From positions 29,884,001 through 29,948,000 of the forward strand of contig NC_059430.1 in NCBI RefSeq assembly GCF_021028975.2: 64,000 bases of DNA, written 5' to 3'. Below, piece by piece: positions 63,961 through 64,000 of the stretch. Position 1 is the first letter of the stretch, and each line of letters opens with the position of its first letter. The DNA is from Sphaerodactylus townsendi (Eukaryota). The position numbers and the translations under genes were made by a program. The notes under the pieces were generated by a model. That model was not told the DNA's origin and searched no databases. It saw only the letters and a program-made list of their open reading frames with translations.

Positions 63961-64000
63961 TATTCTATGCCAATGCACCCCTGCTAGCTGGCCATGCAGA

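Overview
Vertebrate (squamate, probably gecko) genomic DNA, not prokaryotic. It matches the conserved NDUFB2-ADCK2-DENND2A block. NDUFB2 (- strand, 3 coding exons, 100 aa) and ADCK2 (- strand, 8 coding exons, ~636 aa) can be assembled exon by exon. A GC/purine-rich first exon at ~50.2-50.7 kb (+) is probably the 5' end of DENND2A (synteny inference). Between NDUFB2 and ADCK2 lies an intact, unnamed + strand gene with 11 coding exons (855 aa). Its architecture is a MIDAS-degenerate VWA domain, a C11orf16/DUF4537 Tudor-like module, a Cys-rich linker and a long coiled coil. It is head-to-head with NDUFB2, has an RFX X-box at its first exon, and sits where human has only NDUFB2-AS1. The rest is repeat-rich: a degenerate Ty1/copia element with both LTRs, a deleted DIRS element, a solo LTR, CR1/L2/RTE/L1/I-clade fragments, Squam3-like SINEs, a SPIN MITE, and many hAT/Harbinger/Tc-mariner MITEs. 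These include a palindromic family carrying ACTACAATTCCC motifs. All family assignments are from motif recognition only; no database searches were run.
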